From a virus: a stretch of 64,000 nt of DNA. Every line of letters starts with the position of its first letter. Positions within the stretch are counted from its first letter, which is position 1. The notes below the pieces were generated by a model. The model searched no databases. It had not been told where the DNA came from and saw only the letters and a program-made list of their open reading frames with translations. Shown here one piece after another: positions 48,042-58,032 of this stretch. The position numbers were made by a program, and so were the translations under genes. The stretch is taken from positions 7,476 through 71,475 of the IMG/VR virus record IMGVR_UViG_3300042691_013169. One strand, written 5' to 3'.

Positions 48042-48260
48042 ATGCTAACAAAAGAAGAAAAGCTACAGGTTATCAATAGTCACAAAAAGGGACTAATGTA
48101 CACCAAGTACAACCTAGAAATCGACGCTCTTTCAGAAAATGCTAGACCGCAGCCAAATGCTGAGACAATCTCTTCTATCGATGAAAGAATCGAAGAGGTA
48201 GAAGGTCAGCTTGCTGCCCTAGATGCTGAACTAGCACGAGTCAACGCCTTAACAGAATAG
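48042..48260 (+). CDS. Small coiled-coil protein
   Basis: AAGGAGG RBS; heptad pattern. Confidence 0.6.
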   Translation: MLTKEEKLQVINSHKKGLMYTKYNLEIDALSENARPQPNAETISSIDERIEEVEGQLAALDAELARVNALTE

Positions 48261-48269
48261 GACAATCAA

Positions 48270-48452
48270 GTGTCAGAAAAAGCAGAGCTAGTAGTTGCTG
48301 CCTTACAACAACGCATAGGAGAGCTTGTTTCAAATTATGAAACTCAAATTGCAATTTTACGGGCAGAAATTACTCAGTTGGTTCAAGAGAGGGATGCAAA
48401 GAATGCGGCTGTTCAAGAGTACTCCGCTGAGCTTAATAACCTCACCAACTAA
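48270..48452 (+). CDS. Small coiled-coil protein
   Basis: GTG start after AGGA; ALQQRIGELV..YE.QIA.LRAEITQL. Confidence 0.55.
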   Translation: MSEKAELVVAALQQRIGELVSNYETQIAILRAEITQLVQERDAKNAAVQEYSAELNNLTN

Positions 48453-48798
48453 TTTCCCATCTGGTATTGCTGTCAAGACAGAAAAGGCAACATACTGGAT
48501 TAAAGATGGAAAAAGATTTAAGCTTATATCAGATAGGGCAGAAAAGTCATGGTCATTTACAACAGTTATGGCTACCGAAAATGCCCTATCTGGTTTTAAG
48601 ATTGCTGGAAAGCTAGGTTTTAGAGACGGCACCTTGATCAAAAACATAGCAGATGGTAAAATATATTTGTTGTCACAAAATAAACTAAGACACATTACAG
48701 ACCCAGACTTGTTTAGCAAGTACGGACTAGATAGATCTAGTGTAATTGAAGTGGCAGAATATGAGATTAATTCTCATGAAATAGGAGAAAATTTATAA
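48403..48798 (+). CDS. Hypothetical protein (two related beta-hairpin repeats)
   Basis: Probable start 48403 after GAGGG. P.G..VK......I...KR and .DGTLIK...G.IY.....K.R.I repeats. Confidence 0.5.
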   Translation: MRLFKSTPLSLITSPTNFPSGIAVKTEKATYWIKDGKRFKLISDRAEKSWSFTTVMATENALSGFKIAGKLGFRDGTLIKNIADGKIYLLSQNKLRHITDPDLFSKYGLDRSSVIEVAEYEINSHEIGENL

Positions 48799-49223
48799 TG
48801 GCATTCAATGACGGAGAACCGTTAGACGCAGCTAAACTAGGAAAGCTAGAGCAAGATATTAGTATTTTGACATCTACTTTGCCTACAATTGGTAGCTCTA
48901 CAACTAATGTTACTGTTAATAATCAGACGATTCAGCAGGCGGTAGTACCACAAATTCTTGGAGGTAATGCTGGAACCAGAACTTTAGTTGCTGGTAAAAA
49001 TGAGTGGCCAATTACTTTTTCATCTCCTCTAAATGGTGTTCCAAAAGCAGTTATGATTCAAACTAGAGTAGCTACCAACTATCAATCAAAATGGCATCCA
49101 CAAGTTGATGTCAAGACAGGGACAACAACTGCAACTGGATGTACGTTAACATGCTTTATGCCTACAAGCGCACCAGCGCCAGTAGTAGTTCATATTAGTT
49201 ATTTAGCAGTCTGTCACGCTTGA
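48798..49223 (+). CDS. Hypothetical structural protein (fibre tip/H-type lectin-like C-terminus)
   Basis: F.DGEPLDA.KL N-terminus; ITF..P....P..V C-terminal pattern. Confidence 0.4.
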   Translation: MAFNDGEPLDAAKLGKLEQDISILTSTLPTIGSSTTNVTVNNQTIQQAVVPQILGGNAGTRTLVAGKNEWPITFSSPLNGVPKAVMIQTRVATNYQSKWHPQVDVKTGTTTATGCTLTCFMPTSAPAPVVVHISYLAVCHA

Positions 49224-49247
49224 CAGATCTTTTTTAAATGTTATACT
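49220..49247 (+). promoter_or_regulatory. Sigma70-type promoter for the replication module
   Basis: TTGACA, 16 bp, TATACT with TG extension. Followed by hairpin GGTCATGC-GAT-GCATGGCC (49254-49272). Confidence 0.65.
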
Positions 49248-49294
49248 TAGGCAGGTCATGCGATGCATGGCCATTAACTATGTTAGGATAAAAA

Positions 49295-50095
49295 TTGAGT
49301 AATGATTTAAAGTGGATGCTATCATCTGATCAGCAATTCCCATATCAGGATGATAAGATGATTGAGCTTTGGTTTAAGGTCATGAAGTGGTTTAAGCCAG
49401 ATGTAGTAGATTATCTTGGAGATACAGATGATCAGGCATGCTATAGCAAGTACACAGAAGGTCGTTCTGCAGAGTTTATGCAGTTACATAAAGATGACAG
49501 TCGTGATTTGATTGTTCCTATGATGCGTCATGAAGCAAAAGGCGCAAGAGATTTTTATGCAAAGACCAGAGAGATGCTGCCAGACGCACAACTATTCTCA
49601 GCGCTAGGAAATCATGATATCAGAATCTTTGATTATATAGACAAGAAGCTTCCAGATTATGCAAACGAAGTAACCCCAGAAGCTCTTTGGTCTTTAGACT
49701 CATTGGGTTACGAATATATATATTATGATGAATTGCCTAAGCGTCGATTTGGAGATATCCATGTGCATCATGGGCTTTCAATTGCAGCAACAGGATCTGC
49801 TAGAAAAGACATGGAAGACATGCAGGTATCTTTGATCCGTGGACATTCACACAGAATTGCTTCTCATATGGTGACATACGAGCTTAGAAATAATGGCGAG
49901 GGTGAAACTCTTCGAGGTTACGAAATTGGTCACATGTGTGATGAAAAGGGGCCAGGAATGAAGTATACTCAGCATCATGATTGGCAAAAGGGTTTTGCGG
50001 TAGCCCATATTGTAAATGACTATCCACATATTCAAATGATCCACGTAGCACCAGATTACTCTTGCGTAGTGGACGGAAAGTTTTTTAAGCTATGA
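49295..50095 (+). CDS. Calcineurin-like metallophosphoesterase
   Basis: SDQQ.P, LGD..D, GNHD, HHG, GHSHR. Confidence 0.8.
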   Translation: MSNDLKWMLSSDQQFPYQDDKMIELWFKVMKWFKPDVVDYLGDTDDQACYSKYTEGRSAEFMQLHKDDSRDLIVPMMRHEAKGARDFYAKTREMLPDAQLFSALGNHDIRIFDYIDKKLPDYANEVTPEALWSLDSLGYEYIYYDELPKRRFGDIHVHHGLSIAATGSARKDMEDMQVSLIRGHSHRIASHMVTYELRNNGEGETLRGYEIGHMCDEKGPGMKYTQHHDWQKGFAVAHIVNDYPHIQMIHVAPDYSCVVDGKFFKL

Positions 50096-50280
50096 TGACT
50101 TGTACAAGATGTAAGGGAAGAGTCTTTGTTGATAGAGTATTTTCTCAAAAACTTCATATGGAATTGTTTTGCATACTATGCGGAAAACGATGGATGATTA
50201 GTAAGGAATCGAGTGCTTTTGGAAAATGGCTAGAACAACACGACAGAGGGTACAGAAAAAGCTCATCTATTTCTTCTTAA
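50092..50280 (+). CDS. Small zinc-ribbon protein
   Basis: CTRC...CILCG. Confidence 0.65.
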   Translation: MMTCTRCKGRVFVDRVFSQKLHMELFCILCGKRWMISKESSAFGKWLEQHDRGYRKSSSISS

Positions 50281-50708
50281 ATGACAAGATACATAAGGTA
50301 TTAAAGTCTTCTAGATCAAAAGATGAAGTAATTGCTTGGTGCTACCCAGACAAAAAACGTATGCTATATTCTTATTCAGATATTAAAAAGTATTCTGAAA
50401 CAGCGTATACTATTAATGATGTATGCAAAATGTTAAACAAGCATAAGGTTACTATAATAGATTACATTTTAGAGGGCAAAATAAAAGCTCCTCAAAAAGT
50501 ATATCCAATCAGTAATCCAGAAAGTACATGGAGCAAGTATATGTTTAATCAAAAAGACATATATGATATACATCAATTTATATTAGATGCTGGTCATTCG
50601 TCTGAGATTCCTTCAAAAAAAGAATTAGAGGCACTTCTCAAACACAACATTATATTGTATACTAAGACCAATGACGGGTCTTTTGTACCAGTATGGAAGG
50701 CGGATTAG
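50226..50708 (+). CDS. Helix-turn-helix DNA-binding protein (MerR/excisionase-like)
   Basis: YTINDVCKMLNKHKVTI..YI..G.I..P. Confidence 0.6.
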   Translation: MARTTRQRVQKKLIYFFLNDKIHKVLKSSRSKDEVIAWCYPDKKRMLYSYSDIKKYSETAYTINDVCKMLNKHKVTIIDYILEGKIKAPQKVYPISNPESTWSKYMFNQKDIYDIHQFILDAGHSSEIPSKKELEALLKHNIILYTKTNDGSFVPVWKAD

Positions 50709-50818
50709 TGGCAAGTAACAGAACAGTATTTTGTCCTATATGTAAAAAAGATATAGAGGTAAGATCTGATTTTGCACACTTTACATTAAATAGACATATG
50801 AAGGAGCATAATAAATGA
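50708..50818 (+). CDS. 36-aa C2H2 zinc-finger microprotein (not in the ORF track)
   Basis: GTG overlapping the upstream stop and TGA overlapping the next ATG. MASNRTVFCPICKKDIEVRSDFAHFTLNRHMKEHNK. Confidence 0.65.
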   Translation: MASNRTVFCPICKKDIEVRSDFAHFTLNRHMKEHNK

Positions 50819-51018
50819 CAACAAGAGTTAAGGTGGATCTATCCTTTACTAGAAATCTTGGTAACTATGAAAGTATCAAGATCGGTATTGGAGTAGAAGA
50901 TGATGTTCGTCAAGGAGAAAACGTAGACACTGCCACAGAAAGAGTTTATGCTTTTGTTGAGAGTAAGCTCGTAGACAAAACTCGTGAAATTGAAGAGGAA
51001 CTAAAGAGTGGCAAATGA
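50815..51018 (+). CDS. Hypothetical protein
   Basis: AAGGAG RBS; TRNLGNYESIKI motif common in phage replication regions. Confidence 0.6.
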   Translation: MTTRVKVDLSFTRNLGNYESIKIGIGVEDDVRQGENVDTATERVYAFVESKLVDKTREIEEELKSGK

Positions 51019-51325
51019 AAAAGCTCCATACATTTTAATTGGGCTATATGAATCTTTATATAAAGAAAAATATAATAAGGTTCCTCGCCTAAATAAATTT
51101 CGTGAGAAATGGGCTATGCAAGATGTCATAGATAGTGTAGGATTAGATCGTGCAAAAGAGTTGCTGATTTATTATTTTAAAACAAGTAAGCTTGGACATC
51201 CTCTAACTTTTTTCTTTTACAATTTTGATAAAATTGATAAAATGGAAAGAGACATTCAAGAAGATAGAGCTTACAGAAATAACTTAAGACAAGAAACTAA
51301 AAAGCTTGTAGAAGGAGAAGAATGA
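51008..51325 (+). CDS. Hypothetical protein upstream of helicase
   Basis: GTG start; overlaps both neighbours. Confidence 0.55.
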   Translation: MANEKAPYILIGLYESLYKEKYNKVPRLNKFREKWAMQDVIDSVGLDRAKELLIYYFKTSKLGHPLTFFFYNFDKIDKMERDIQEDRAYRNNLRQETKKLVEGEE

Positions 51326-52572
51326 ATACAGAGGCGGAACTAATCTCTGCAGTATGCAAGAACAAAGATATTAGCACACTACTTGCAGATAATGTAGATG
51401 ATATATTTACTTCTCATAAAGATATTTGGGATAGCTTAAAGTCCTATTATTATAAGTTCAAGGCTGTCCCAGATGTTGGAGTCTTGATGGAAAGACACAG
51501 AGACTTCGATCCAGTAGAAACAAAAGCAGAAACTGGATACTATTTAGACAAGCTTAAAAACGAATATCTAACAGCAAGACTTAAGTCTGTCATCTTACAG
51601 TCTGGATCTTTGTTAAAAGAAAATGCTGCAAGTAGAGTTTTGTCTGATATGCAAAGCAAGTTGGCTAATCTTGCTAAGTTTACTAATAATGTAAGAGACG
51701 TAGATGTAACAGATATTGACTCTGCAGAAAGACATTATCAGTCTGTCAAAGAGCGTTCTCTTGCAATGGGAGGAAGTCCAGGAATTTTAACTGGCTTTGA
51801 TGCTATTGATAAAGCATACCCAACAGGCATGGCTCCAGGACATCTAATCGTCGCTATTGGTTGGCCAGGTCGTGGTAAGACATGGTTTACTTCCTATCTT
51901 GCTTGCAAGGCTTGGGAGCAAGGCTTTAAGCCAATGATTATTTCTCTGGAGATGTCTCCAGAAAATATGCGTGATCGTATTTATACTATGCTAGGTTCTG
52001 GTCTATTCAGAGCTAGCGATCTATCAAAGGGAGATATTAACATAGATGATTTCAAATCGTGGGGAAAGAAAAAGTTTGAAGGCAAGAATTCGTTTGTTCT
52101 TATATCGAACGAGGGTACAGCAGAAGTCACTCCTGCAACAGTACAAGGAAAAATTGATCAACACAAACCAGATCTAGTTATCTTAGATTACCACCAGCTA
52201 TTTAATGATAACAAAAGAAGTCAGTCTGAAGTAGAAAGAAATAGAAATATTTCTCGTGAGTTTAAGCTGCTTGCTGTGACTAACAGTATTCCAATTATCG
52301 ATATCACAGCAGCAACTGCTGATGATATTTCAGACCAAGATGACCCGCCTATGATGAGCCAAGTTGCTTGGTCAAAGGCAATTGAATATGATGCTGATAT
52401 GGCTATGGCAATTCATAGGTATCCTAATACTAATATGATCGAGGTAGTGTCCAGAAAGAATAGACACGGACATGAGTTTGATTTTTATCTTGACTGGGAT
52501 ATTAATCGTGGTATCGTAAAAGAAATTTACGAAAATCTTCCGAATATGAAGAATGACCCACAAGCGAATTAA
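51322..52572 (+). CDS. dnaB: Replicative DNA helicase, DnaB-like
   Basis: TGF..ID, Walker A GWPGRGKT, SLEM, ILDY, IEYDAD, KNRHG. Confidence 0.9.
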   Translation: MNTEAELISAVCKNKDISTLLADNVDDIFTSHKDIWDSLKSYYYKFKAVPDVGVLMERHRDFDPVETKAETGYYLDKLKNEYLTARLKSVILQSGSLLKENAASRVLSDMQSKLANLAKFTNNVRDVDVTDIDSAERHYQSVKERSLAMGGSPGILTGFDAIDKAYPTGMAPGHLIVAIGWPGRGKTWFTSYLACKAWEQGFKPMIISLEMSPENMRDRIYTMLGSGLFRASDLSKGDINIDDFKSWGKKKFEGKNSFVLISNEGTAEVTPATVQGKIDQHKPDLVILDYHQLFNDNKRSQSEVERNRNISREFKLLAVTNSIPIIDITAATADDISDQDDPPMMSQVAWSKAIEYDADMAMAIHRYPNTNMIEVVSRKNRHGHEFDFYLDWDINRGIVKEIYENLPNMKNDPQAN

Positions 52573-52843
52573 AAGGTTTCAGGTTGCTGTTGAGTTTAGG
52601 GATGATTCAGATTTAATTAGAACTAGAGCTCAATATGAAAGCCTTTTGACTCATGATATGAGGTCAAAGGGATATGTCAGGGTACTTGACATAGACCCAG
52701 CATTTTCGGTAGAATTCACAGGTGAGACATGGAAGTTCTTAATGACTATTCATGGAGTTTACGTAGGAAAGAGGAAGGCATGTCAAATAGAGGGTATAGC
52801 ACAAAACAAGCCAATACCACGCAGTATGCGCCAAACCAAGTAA
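52553..52843 (+). CDS. Hypothetical protein
   Basis: ORF between helicase and primase; MR.KGYV.VLDIDP.F. Confidence 0.55.
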   Translation: MTHKRIKRFQVAVEFRDDSDLIRTRAQYESLLTHDMRSKGYVRVLDIDPAFSVEFTGETWKFLMTIHGVYVGKRKACQIEGIAQNKPIPRSMRQTK

Positions 52844-53778
52844 AGTCCGTACTAAGATCAGTTGGAATAAACATTTCTCATGAAACTAATATTGAGATTG
52901 GATTCTTTTGCCCTTTTCATAATAACACTAACAGCCCAAGTTGCAGCATTAATAAGGAGTCTGGTGCGTGGATTTGTTTTAATCCGTCATGTGGAGAAAA
53001 TGGTACTTTAACAGATATAGTAAAGCGTATTCTAGACAAGAATGATTTTCAGGCTATTAGATATATTATGTCAGATGAATTTCAGACATATGATGCATTT
53101 GAAGATACTCTCAATGAAATGTTTTTAGATAAACCAGACTTTGAAGAATTTTCTCAAGAAACATTAGACAGATTGCATGCCGACCTAGCAGGAAATAAAA
53201 TTGCTAGAGACTATCTTGAGTCTAGAGGAATCAATACTGATTCTATGAAACATTTTGCTTTAGGGTATTCTAACGCTATGAATATGGTTGTTACACCAGT
53301 ACATAGCCCAGATGGAATTCCAGTTGGAATTGTTGGAAGATCTATTGAAGGAAAGTCATTTAAGAACAGCACAAATCTTCCAAAGAACAAAACGTTATTT
53401 AATATTCATAGAGCAAAAAGAATTGGGGACCATGTTGTTGTAGTTGAATCAAACTTTGATGCAATTCGTGTACATCAAGCTGGATTTCCAAATGTTATTG
53501 CAACTCTTGGTGGTCACATATCTGACGATAATATTAAACTATTAAATAGATATTTTAATAATATTACTATAATGACAGATGCAGATACAGCTGGAAGAGA
53601 GCTGGGCAAAACTATTTGTTATAAACTTCGTAATAAAAACCTCTTGTGGGCTTCTTGCGAATATGGTAAGATATACCCACATGATGCAAAAGATGCAGGC
53701 GATATGACTGATGAAGAAATAAAGCTATGTATTAAAAATGCAGTTTCTGATATCGAATATCGATCTTGGAATTTGTGA
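52780..53778 (+). CDS. dnaG: DNA primase (CHC2 zinc finger + TOPRIM)
   Basis: CPFH...CFNPSCG, YL..RG, VVES.FDA, D.D.AG, KDAGD. Start at 52780 preferred. Confidence 0.9.
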   Translation: MSNRGYSTKQANTTQYAPNQVKSVLRSVGINISHETNIEIGFFCPFHNNTNSPSCSINKESGAWICFNPSCGENGTLTDIVKRILDKNDFQAIRYIMSDEFQTYDAFEDTLNEMFLDKPDFEEFSQETLDRLHADLAGNKIARDYLESRGINTDSMKHFALGYSNAMNMVVTPVHSPDGIPVGIVGRSIEGKSFKNSTNLPKNKTLFNIHRAKRIGDHVVVVESNFDAIRVHQAGFPNVIATLGGHISDDNIKLLNRYFNNITIMTDADTAGRELGKTICYKLRNKNLLWASCEYGKIYPHDAKDAGDMTDEEIKLCIKNAVSDIEYRSWNL

Positions 53779-53810
53779 TATAATAAAAAGACAGACGGAT
53801 CTATACCGTC
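53776..53810 (+). promoter_or_regulatory. Extended -10 promoter TGATATAAT and a 5' hairpin before the SSB gene
   Basis: TATAAT at 53779-53784; GACGG-ATCTATA-CCGTC at 53794-53810. Confidence 0.5.
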
Positions 53811-53835
53811 AAATACATAATAGAAGGAGATACAC

Positions 53836-54510
53836 ATGGGTATCGTAAAGGGTCTTAAGGGACTAAATCAGGTAATGGACAAGCCAACCTATTCAGAAGG
53901 CGATGGCACAAAGGCACGTTGGGCAAAGTTAGAAGACGGAGAAAGCGTAAAGATTCGTTTTCTTCAAGAACTAGATCCAGATTCACCAACTTATAATGAT
54001 AAGAACGGACTAGGTTTTATTGCTGTAGAGCATACAAATCCAAAGGATTATCGCCGTAAGGCATTATGTTCAATGGACGATCAAGGCAAGTGCTTTGGTT
54101 GCGAACAACATAGAAAAGATTACAAGGCAGGATGGAAAGGACGTTCCCGACTTTACATCAATGTTCTTGTAGATGATGGCAAGGAAGATCCTTACGTTGC
54201 CATCTTGTCACAAGGAAGTAGCGGTAAGACTGTTACTCCTACACTAATCGAGTACGCTGGCGAAATGGGTTCTATCACCAACCTAATGTGGCGTATTAAG
54301 CGTACTGGATCAAAGACAGATACGAGCTATACAATTATCCCTCTAGCTAAGGATGAGTCTCCTTTCGATTCATCTGCGCTTGAATTGTATAACTTAGAAG
54401 AAACTGCAGTCCGTGACCTCCCTTACACGGAGCAGGAAGCCTTCTTTGCAGGAGAAGGAAACACCGAGGAAAAGGCCGATTCTAGCTCCGCTAGTAGCTT
54501 AGATTGGTAA
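53836..54510 (+). CDS. Single-stranded DNA-binding protein (gp32-like)
   Basis: L.DGES.KIRFL, H...C......C..C zinc site, W.IKR.G...DTSY, acidic tail ending in W. Confidence 0.7.
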   Translation: MGIVKGLKGLNQVMDKPTYSEGDGTKARWAKLEDGESVKIRFLQELDPDSPTYNDKNGLGFIAVEHTNPKDYRRKALCSMDDQGKCFGCEQHRKDYKAGWKGRSRLYINVLVDDGKEDPYVAILSQGSSGKTVTPTLIEYAGEMGSITNLMWRIKRTGSKTDTSYTIIPLAKDESPFDSSALELYNLEETAVRDLPYTEQEAFFAGEGNTEEKADSSSASSLDW

Positions 54511-54541
54511 TAACTTAATACAGGAAAGTAGGCGGAGAGTT

Positions 54542-57500
54542 ATGTCATTTACACATTTACATGTGCATTCTTATTATTCATTAATGGATGGGCTTAACTC
54601 TCCTGCCGAACTTGTACAGGCTGCTAAAGATGCAGGACAAACATCTATTGCCATAACAGATCATGGCACATTATCATCACATAGAGAATTTCAGATTGCT
54701 TGCAAAGATTTAAATGTAAAGCCAATCCTTGGAGTGGAAGCTTATATATCTCCAACAGATAGATTCGATAGATCATCAGCAACAGATAAAAGTATTCAGG
54801 CTTATAATCACATAATTTTGCTTGCTAAAAATCAAAAAGGTTTAGATAATATCCATGCTTTGCAAGAGCTTGCTTGGAATGAAGGTTTTTACCACAAGCC
54901 ACGTATTGACAGAGAGGTACTAAAAGAATATGCAGAAGGCATCATTGTTCTTAGCGGATGCCTTAACGGGCTTATTAGCAAGTGCATCGAAAAGGGCGAA
55001 TTTTCAGAAGCCAAGCTTATACTCAAAGATTTTAAGCAAACTTTTCAAGAAGACTTTTATGTGGAAGTACAGTCTCATAATCCGCCAGAAACAAACGCAA
55101 AGCTTTTGGAACTGGCTGACGAACTCAAAATAAAGTCAGTAGCAACAGGTGATGCACACTTTGCAAAAGAAGAAGACAGGATATTGGAAGAGGCTGTTCT
55201 AATTCTTTCTACTAACCCTAAGTCTGACAAAGAATCTGACTTTGAGATGTCTAGACAAATTAAAGATATCGGAGAAAGGTTTAACTACCTATACCCAGAC
55301 AGAAGAATGACATTTCAGGGCATGAACCTTTTCATACAAAGTCGCTCAGAAATAGAGGCTGACTTTAATAAATCTGGCATTACTCGTACAGATATATATG
55401 ACAATACAATTGAAATTTCAAATAAAATTGGAGAGTATGAGTTTTATCAAGGGCTAGACCTGCTCCCAGTTCCTAAGACCAATGCTGATAAGAAACTGGC
55501 TGAGATGGCCTCTGAAGGCTTAAAAAGACTAGGTCTATCAGAGGACACGGTCTACGTAGAAAGGTTGCAAGAAGAGTTACAAGTAATTAAAGATAAATCA
55601 TTTGCATCATACTTTCTTGTAGTTGCTGACATGATTAACTGGGCTAAGTCTCAAAATATTATGGTTGGTCCAGGTCGTGGATCTGCAGCAGGGTCTTTGG
55701 TTTGCTATGCTTTAGGAATTACGGACGTAGATCCAATTAAGTATGACCTTCTGTTCTTTAGATTTATTAATCCTGAGCGTAATGACTTCCCTGATATCGA
55801 TACAGATTTTGAAGATCGTCGTCGTAAAGAGGTTAAAGATTATCTAAAGAAAAAGTTTAAGCACGTTGCTTCTATTTCAACATTTACTTATTTTAAAGAT
55901 AAGGGTGTTGTACGTGATGCAGCTCGTGTATTTATGATTCCATTAAACGATGTAAATAAAGCTTTAAAGTCAGTAGATACGTTTGAAGACTTTCTTGATT
56001 CGCCAAATACAAAAGAATTTAGAACCAGATATCCAGAGGTAGTTTGGCTTGCAGAAAAGCTGCGTGGAAGAATCAGATCTGTTGGAGTACATGCCGCAGG
56101 TGTTGTGGTAGCAAAGGACGACATCAGAAAATATGCCCCAGTGGAGTCTAGAGAAGATGCTAACGATAAAGTTTCTGGAAGAATTCCTGTTGTCGCATAC
56201 GATATGGACACAGTTGCAGATATTGGACTGATTAAGCTTGATGCCTTGGGCCTTAAAACTCTCTCAGTAATTTCAGATACAATTAAATCAATTAAAGATA
56301 GATCTGGAAAACAAATAGATTTATCAAAGGTATCACTAGACGATAAGGATGTTTTTAAAACTTTAAGCGAAGGATATACAAAGGGTGTATTCCAAGCTGA
56401 AGCAACTCCTTATACAAATCTATTAATGAAAATGGGAGTAAACTCTTTTGAAGATCTAGCAGCATCTAACGCTTTAGTTCGTCCAGGTGCGATGAATACT
56501 GTTGGTGCTTCTTATATTAATAGAAAGAACGGCAAAGAAGCAGTTCAGTATATGCATCCTATTATGCAGCCATTTACTGAAAATACTTACGGGGTTATTA
56601 TCTACCAAGAGCAGGTTATGCAGGCATGCGTACATCTAGGAGGAATGACATGGTCTGAGGCCGATAAGGTTAGAAAGATCATTGGTAAGAAAAAAGATGC
56701 AAGAGAGTTTGACCAGTTTAAAGATAAGTTCGTTGAAGGAGCTTCAAAGCATATCTCTAAAAAGCAGGCAGAGTCTCTTTGGCATATGTTTGAAGCACAT
56801 GCTGGCTATTCTTTTAACCGTTCTCATGCTGTTGCATACTCCCTTCTTTCTTACTATACTGCTTGGCTTAAGCATTACTACCCTCTTGACTTTATGTTTT
56901 CTCTACTTAAAAACGAAGGAAATAAAGATACAAGAACTGAATATTTAATTGAAGCAAAGCGCTTGGGCTTGAGAGTAAAGCTACCTCATGTCAATGAGTC
57001 AGAGCCTTACTTTTCTTTAAAGGGAGATGCAATTCAATTTGGTTTAGCAGAAGTTAAGTTTATTTCAGATAGCATTGCTAATAAAATTATTGACAAGAGA
57101 CCTTTTAAAGACTATGCAGACTTTATTAGCAAGTCTTCTAAAAAGGGAAGTGGAATCAATAGTAGAGCGGTGTCAGCGTTAAATGCAATCGGAGGTGCTG
57201 CTTTTGAAGACAACCCTAGAGCAGGCAATGAAAAAGATAATTACTATGAGTATTTAGGTATACCTACATTTAGTATAGACCTGCCTCCAAGAATTAAAGC
57301 ACAGGCAAGACCTATCGAAGACTTTGATCCACTTGGTTCTTTTGTTATGTTTGGTATGGTAAAAAATATTAAACGAGGAACTGGATGGGCACGAGTAGAG
57401 CTTGTTGATGAATCTGGCTCTATCGGATTATTCCATAATGAACAGACACAGATAGAAACTAATCAGATGTATTTTATTCTAGTTGGAGATAATAGAATTG

Positions 57501-57808
57501 CTAGATACATAAAGGTTAGCGACATTGATCCAAAGGGCTCAGACTTGTTTGTTGATTATTTGTATAGAAAAGAATATGACCTTGAAGAAGACGAGTACAT
57601 TGTGGTAAACTTTACTCCATATCAAACAAAGGCTGGCAAAACAATGAGTCACATTATATTGTCTGATAGAAATAAAAATCTTACACGAGCAATTGTTTTC
57701 CCTACCATGTATAAGATATCTTTAGCAAAGATGCGTGATGGAATGAAGTGTAAGGTAACATTGTCTAAATTAGATGATGGAACATTAATGGTAAAGGAAA
57801 TAAAATGA
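54542..57808 (+). CDS. dnaE: DNA polymerase III alpha subunit (family C)
   Basis: PHP motifs HLHVHS.YS..DG and TDHG; GRGSAAGS, PDIDTD, HAAG, K.D.LGL, YQEQ.M, YSFNRSHA.AY. No intein. Confidence 0.95.
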   Translation: MSFTHLHVHSYYSLMDGLNSPAELVQAAKDAGQTSIAITDHGTLSSHREFQIACKDLNVKPILGVEAYISPTDRFDRSSATDKSIQAYNHIILLAKNQKGLDNIHALQELAWNEGFYHKPRIDREVLKEYAEGIIVLSGCLNGLISKCIEKGEFSEAKLILKDFKQTFQEDFYVEVQSHNPPETNAKLLELADELKIKSVATGDAHFAKEEDRILEEAVLILSTNPKSDKESDFEMSRQIKDIGERFNYLYPDRRMTFQGMNLFIQSRSEIEADFNKSGITRTDIYDNTIEISNKIGEYEFYQGLDLLPVPKTNADKKLAEMASEGLKRLGLSEDTVYVERLQEELQVIKDKSFASYFLVVADMINWAKSQNIMVGPGRGSAAGSLVCYALGITDVDPIKYDLLFFRFINPERNDFPDIDTDFEDRRRKEVKDYLKKKFKHVASISTFTYFKDKGVVRDAARVFMIPLNDVNKALKSVDTFEDFLDSPNTKEFRTRYPEVVWLAEKLRGRIRSVGVHAAGVVVAKDDIRKYAPVESREDANDKVSGRIPVVAYDMDTVADIGLIKLDALGLKTLSVISDTIKSIKDRSGKQIDLSKVSLDDKDVFKTLSEGYTKGVFQAEATPYTNLLMKMGVNSFEDLAASNALVRPGAMNTVGASYINRKNGKEAVQYMHPIMQPFTENTYGVIIYQEQVMQACVHLGGMTWSEADKVRKIIGKKKDAREFDQFKDKFVEGASKHISKKQAESLWHMFEAHAGYSFNRSHAVAYSLLSYYTAWLKHYYPLDFMFSLLKNEGNKDTRTEYLIEAKRLGLRVKLPHVNESEPYFSLKGDAIQFGLAEVKFISDSIANKIIDKRPFKDYADFISKSSKKGSGINSRAVSALNAIGGAAFEDNPRAGNEKDNYYEYLGIPTFSIDLPPRIKAQARPIEDFDPLGSFVMFGMVKNIKRGTGWARVELVDESGSIGLFHNEQTQIETNQMYFILVGDNRIARYIKVSDIDPKGSDLFVDYLYRKEYDLEEDEYIVVNFTPYQTKAGKTMSHIILSDRNKNLTRAIVFPTMYKISLAKMRDGMKCKVTLSKLDDGTLMVKEIK

Positions 57809-58032
57809 CAGTTGATCAAGAAGAGATTATGAAAATGATTAGCGCAAGCAAAGTGCTTTCTGCAATCATTAAGCATAACGGGCCAATGACAATTCCAGTA
57901 GATGTTTTTTTAAATGCAGCAAGTGAAAATCAAGAGCTGCTAATAGATTATGATGGAGAATCTGAAGGTGGACCAACATTTACTTTCGGAATTAGAGAAT
58001 TACAAAAGGAGACAAATGATGAACAGCAATGA
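57805..58032 (+). CDS. Hypothetical protein
   Basis: ATGA-coupled to dnaE. Confidence 0.55.
   Translation: MTVDQEEIMKMISASKVLSAIIKHNGPMTIPVDVFLNAASENQELLIDYDGESEGGPTFTFGIRELQKETNDEQQ

Noticed and set aside
54542-57808. Intein or intron in dnaE (also checked by eye in dnaB and recA)
   Set aside because: Lengths are normal and motifs run continuously with no Hint blocks.
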